Positions 59,351 to 64,000 of a DNA stretch of 64,000 nt are shown here, piece by piece. The stretch spans positions 124,001 through 188,000 of the forward strand of contig JBEWZL010000302.1 in NCBI GenBank assembly GCA_045837725.1, read 5' to 3'. The translations under genes and the position numbers were made by a program. Under the pieces are notes generated by a model. That model did no database searches. It worked only from the letters and a program-made list of their open reading frames with translations, and was not told the DNA's origin. This DNA is from Vermamoeba vermiformis (taxonomy: Eukaryota). How positions within the stretch are numbered: position 1 is the first letter of the stretch; every line of letters begins with the position of its first letter.

Positions 59351-60059
59351 CTACAGTTTTGAAGTGCCGTAAGGCAAAAAAGTGATTTTTAAGCCTTGAG
59401 CGACATTCGATGCGGCAGATGTGACTTTGTTATACGCCTTGCCAACATTTTCTTGCAGTACTGGTGAATTAGCAGCATCTTTAACAGAGCTATATATTTT
59501 AGGACCGTATAATACAGTTACGGCTGTTGTTCCTCCGATTACAACCAATGGAACGACCACGGGAGATCCAAGTCCTGTAAATTGAACCAAATTAACATTA
59601 TAAATTATTGAACGCGTAACATGAATATAATTATGCGTAGTATAGTACCTCGAGCGCCTATTGACTGGAGTACTGCGACCGGGCCGCCGGATGCGATCTT
59701 TCCGCCGGAGGAAACAGCGACTTTACTCGTTAAAGCAGCAGCAGGCGAGCCTAAATTTGATAGTAAAGTAATATTGAGACAAGTAATTTATATCGGATCA
59801 ATTTAAATGTTTACAAACCTTTTGCAATTCCTGCAGCCGTAAATCCGGCAGCTTTAATCGCTCCAATGATAGCAATTGGAGTGCCTGCAGCAAAGGCAAC
59901 AATAATTAAGCCATTTTTAACATGGAGTAACGTTCCGCTAAAGAAAGAATTAAATTGAAAGCTTGATCGAGAAAAATTTTACTTGTAGCCCTCGGAACTG
60001 GAATTTTTATCGTCTGACGGACTATTCATAGTATTACTATTATCGGTGTTCATATTCAT
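59351..60059 (-). CDS. IFI6/IFI27 (ISG12)-like protein, copy 4
   Basis: AAGFTAAGIAKGSPAAALTSKVAVSSGGKIASGGPVAVLQSIGARG. 4 exons. Confidence 0.88.
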
Positions 60060-60852
60060 TGAGTAACAAAAGCAATGGAAGAAAAAAAATTACCGCGATT
60101 ATGAACCAAGGGAGGACACGGCGTGTGGCCACACGGCTGTAGGTCGCACCTGATTGGTCCAATTCCAATCGGAATTTACCGACAGCCTACACGGCGCTGT
60201 GTTAAGGAAATAAACGTAGTTGCGAGTCCCACAATAATTTTGATAATTGATCATTTTCTTTTGCTGCGAAACACAGCAAACCAATTACTTGATTTTTGAT
60301 AATACAGCACGCCGTGCTATATATTAATATTGTTGTTTTTATTTGACCGCGTTAGCAACTGCAATCGTTTAGACCGAGTTGATCAACAAATCTGAACAAG
60401 GCTACTCGTGGTGAATTCGTAAGTCAATAAATACTAATTTAATTATTCCTTAATCTTGATGGAGATCAATTATCTGCGGCAGTCTCAGGGCATTAATTGA
60501 TATAGATTTTTATTTTTATTTTTTCCGCAAAATTCTCTTCAAGCTTATTATTACTTTGTCAATTGTAAAATCTATATGTATATATTCAGTGTATTGAGAA
60601 ACGGAACCGCTTTTTTTGCCAAGCATTTTTTTTTTAAATTTTGGTTCAAAATATTTAATTATAATATATCTCGCACGTATATCTCGATGTGAGTTCAATT
60701 AAGTTGCCAGCGCACGTGACTTTAAGCGCAAAAACGAAAGAACGAAAAAACGAAACGGCTAAATATAGCACTATAAGTTGACGACTCATATCCATCAGTT
60801 CTTAATAGTCTCGGAAGTACTATACCACATCTATTGAACTAATATCACGAAC

Positions 60853-62149
60853 ATGCATCGGATCTGCATCTTTTTGTTGGTTTTTATATGTTCTTCAATT
60901 GGCCAACGCGTAGTAATATCGATTCAAGCCACTGAAGAGTTTCGTAAGTACTATATCAAAGAGTATTAGCATCGTTTTTTTCTATAGCTTTCAGTTTTAC
61001 TTGTCCCAATGGTCAAGTCTTATTTTCGAACCAATATTTCTCGGCAGAATCCTTCTTAGCGCTAGATGCAACTAATACGGATGGATTTCTTGCCTGCGCT
61101 AATTCATTTAGCGACAATATCGACGCCGTAAGTCCAATTTTTAAGTTTGCAGATCCGGATCTAAAACTTTTTTTTGTAGAGCTTCAACTTATCGCAAACT
61201 TCGACTAGGATTACTGAAACTGTAATATTTACATATAAGGAAAGCGAGATTTTCCACTCGATTCTCAATTCGACGGACTTTTATTCCTTTCAACTTCGCG
61301 CTATCGTAATCTACGGACGAGATCTGGGCTCAGAAGACCAAGTTCAAATAGATATAGCGTTTATAGGCAACAGTAAGTACTATACTATGATGTTATTAAT
61401 TCTGACGCGTTATTAGCCTGCGGAGATAGCGTTCGAGATTCAGATCTCGGCGAAGAATGCGATTCAACCTCTGAATGCGATAGTTATTGCGGCTGTTTGA
61501 GGTATATAATATAATATATGTATAATACGTATTAATCATATTGTTTAGTGATTATCAAGTTGATATGAATAACTTGCGCAACACTCACTGTATCGTCGCT
61601 CCAAATCTCGGCTTGCTTTGGTTACTTGTGCCTTTCGTGGCCATAGTAACAGGCCTTGTAGTCGTATTAAGCGTTCTTAAACGTAAAGGGTACGTTCAAT
61701 TTCAGAGATCGCTTTTTCGACCCCCAAATCCAGCTACTGAAATTAAAGTTAAATGCTATTTTATATCATTTTTAAATAACGATAGTAATATTGTATATAG
61801 AAAGCTTCGTTGTTGCAATGGTCGAGATCCGGAGCCGGATGAAGAAGTCGAAATGTCCAAACTGCAACCAATCATAATAGCGCCTCATAATTATCCTCCT
61901 CAGCCCTACTTCCGCGACCAACCACCACCGCCACAAGCACCGCAACAGCCGTTGCCTTATCCACCTCTCAGATCCGTTTTGCCTCCCTCAAACTTTGGAT
62001 CCGCTCCGGTGATTCCTTACTCACCTAATCAACCGCCAATGCCTATTCTACCACCTCCTGGACATAATCCATACGGTCCTTCGCCCTACATGGAAGCTCC
62101 TAGCCCTATGACTCAAATAAATTACGGACCGCCACATCCACCGTATTAA
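60853..62149 (+). CDS. Type I membrane protein with CGD...EECD module, TM and Pro/Tyr-rich tail (paralog 2)
   Basis: Signal peptide, FTCPNG, CGDSVRDSDLGEECDSTSECDSYCGC, TM LLWLLVPFVAIVTGLVVVL and tail ending PPHPPY*. Confidence 0.75.
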
Positions 62150-62390
62150 TTACCGCATTGATACACAAACCTTTCTGTAACATAAATAGGCGTAAAAAAG
62201 ATATTTTTTCGTATTTACAAACTGTGCAAGCAGCTTTTCCTAATTAGGAGACCATCCTATGAAATGTGAGCGAAAATACGCAAAAAAAGAACCTTTAAAA
62301 CAGAAAAATTGCGTTTTATAATTTATAGCCCATTTATGATAAATCAAGCACAGACGCAATACTAGATCTGTAATAGAAGCAGTAACGGAA

Positions 62391-63821
62391 ATGATCTGTC
62401 GCACTCCTTACCTACAAATCTTTTTGCTGGGCTTGTTAAGCTCTGCTGTTCTCGCTCAACGTGCCTATTGGAATGCTAACCCAGGAGCAAGTTATGGAGT
62501 ATATTGTAAGACGCAAAGCGAAGCTAGAAGAAAATTGTTCCGAAATTATTCTTTTTGTACCGAATTTTTTTATTTTTAAAGTTTTAAAAGCTAATGAATT
62601 ATTATGCACAGCTGGCTTTGTTTCGTTTATCTGCCCAAACGGCGCCGTATTGATGTCGAACCAGTACATTTCAAACTCTTTTCAAGCCGACAATAATTTA
62701 CCTTACTGGTACGATTGCCAGCCTTCCTTTATGAACAGCGTGGATGGCGTAAGTATTGCATTGCTAATCATTAGCGCTTAATCGTGGATTATTATTAAAT
62801 GACCCGATCTTTTTACCACACCATTTCGTTCTGACTGTTTTTCCAGATTATCACCGTGAATGTAACGCTGGAAGGTTTAGACTCTGTTACGTACACGGTC
62901 TCGAAGTACAAGTCGGAGATCTTTAGGGACGGCATTGACTTGGCTCAATCTTCACTCGATCGGATCGGATTTCAAATCGATTCTGGAGCGCTTGTAGTCA
63001 CCTTCTTAGGTCCTTGTAAGCACTATTATACTTATTAATATAATGCTAATAACAATTATTTTCAAGCTTGTGGCAATGGAGTGCGCGAGTACCTCCAGTT
63101 CGAAGACTGCGACAATGACAGTGATTCGAGATGCTTGTTCTGTGCTTGCGTAGAGTAAGTAGGCTATATATATAGTACTATTTATATTAATATTGGTTTA
63201 ATAGTGGTTCATACGCTGACTACAATGACTTTACGTACAAATCGTGCAATGACTATTCATCATCCTCTAGCTACTCTTCATCATCAGGACTTATACTCGG
63301 GATAGTTATCCCTATTGCAGTCGTAGTGCTTATATTGATCGTGGTACTCAGAGTGTTGTGCATTAGAGGGTAATAAAAAATAATTCGAAGAAAAAAAATA
63401 ATTAATTATTTGTAGCATTATTATGACTGGTAGACGCAGACGAACCGCAGAAATGGAGATTGAAATGGCTCAACAACAAGCTGTTGAAGGCGCTGTACCT
63501 CAAGGAGCAGTTATGGTTGTTCAACAACCTGGTGTTGTACCGCTGGATCAAGGTGTTCAACCGGGCCAATACCCTAATTACATAGCACCTGCGGCATACC
63601 CTCAAGTACCTCTTAATCAACAACAGCCGTCTTATGTCGTTGTCAATCCTTCTGCACCTTACGGAGCTGTGCCAAAAGCGGATCCAAACGCGCAGCCCTA
63701 CATCACGGCTAATTACGCTGCTCAGCCCGTTGCGCAATTCGCTCCTAATAATAACAATATTAATACCAATGTCGTAGTTGCATCTCCCCCTCCTCCCAAC
63801 GGTGCATTTGCAACAAACTAG
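62391..63821 (+). CDS. Type I membrane protein with CGNG...EDCD module, TM and P/Q/Y-rich tail (paralog 3)
   Basis: Signal peptide, FICPNG, CGNGVREYLQFEDCDNDSDSRCLFCAC and TM LILGIVIPIAVVVLILIVVL. Confidence 0.75.
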
Positions 63822-64000
63822 ATTGACTTTGTACTAAGAATAAACATATGAGACTTGGATTGTATATTTTAATTATTAATAATATTCGACGATTTGATAT
63901 TAAATATTGAGATTGAAATGAACGTCTTACCGAAGATTGGTAGGAGTAATTAAGTGAGTTTTGTTCGTCGAAATAACGAAGGCAATTCAAATGACCACGT

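Overview
Gene-dense window from an AT-rich, intron-rich unicellular eukaryote using the standard genetic code. Most introns are short (about 45-100 nt) GT-AG introns. The gene content (cAMP-receptor-like GPCR, animal-type DPYD, ISG12-family genes) looks amoebozoan, but the taxon is only inferred. About 30 spliced protein genes were reconstructed by eye: M1 aminopeptidase, PA-domain 7TM protein, a divergent tri-ubiquitin, a degenerate Ras-like protein, a cAR-like GPCR, an SDR, a kinase, an MRH-domain protein, DPYD, a PH/coiled-coil tail-anchored protein, a GNAT, a housekeeping block (DDX3, HSP110, eIF3a, eIF3l, XPO1), an MDR reductase, and several small tandem families including four IFI6/IFI27-like genes. 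The main discovery is a circularly permuted tRNA-Met(CAT) gene inside a DPYD intron (minus strand). Its 3' half (21453-21409) lies upstream of its 5' half (21356-21328). The halves complement each other in both the acceptor and anticodon stems, the flanking leader and trailer can base-pair, and a T7 terminator follows. The junction falls in the anticodon stem (about 28/29) with no canonical BHB motif. Also found: a 498-bp MITE with an AAT target-site duplication in an intron, an intronic C/D snoRNA in XPO1, a strongly CpG-depleted kinase gene, and a shared palindromic motif upstream of the IFI27-like genes. All exon structures and counts were derived manually and no database searches were run.
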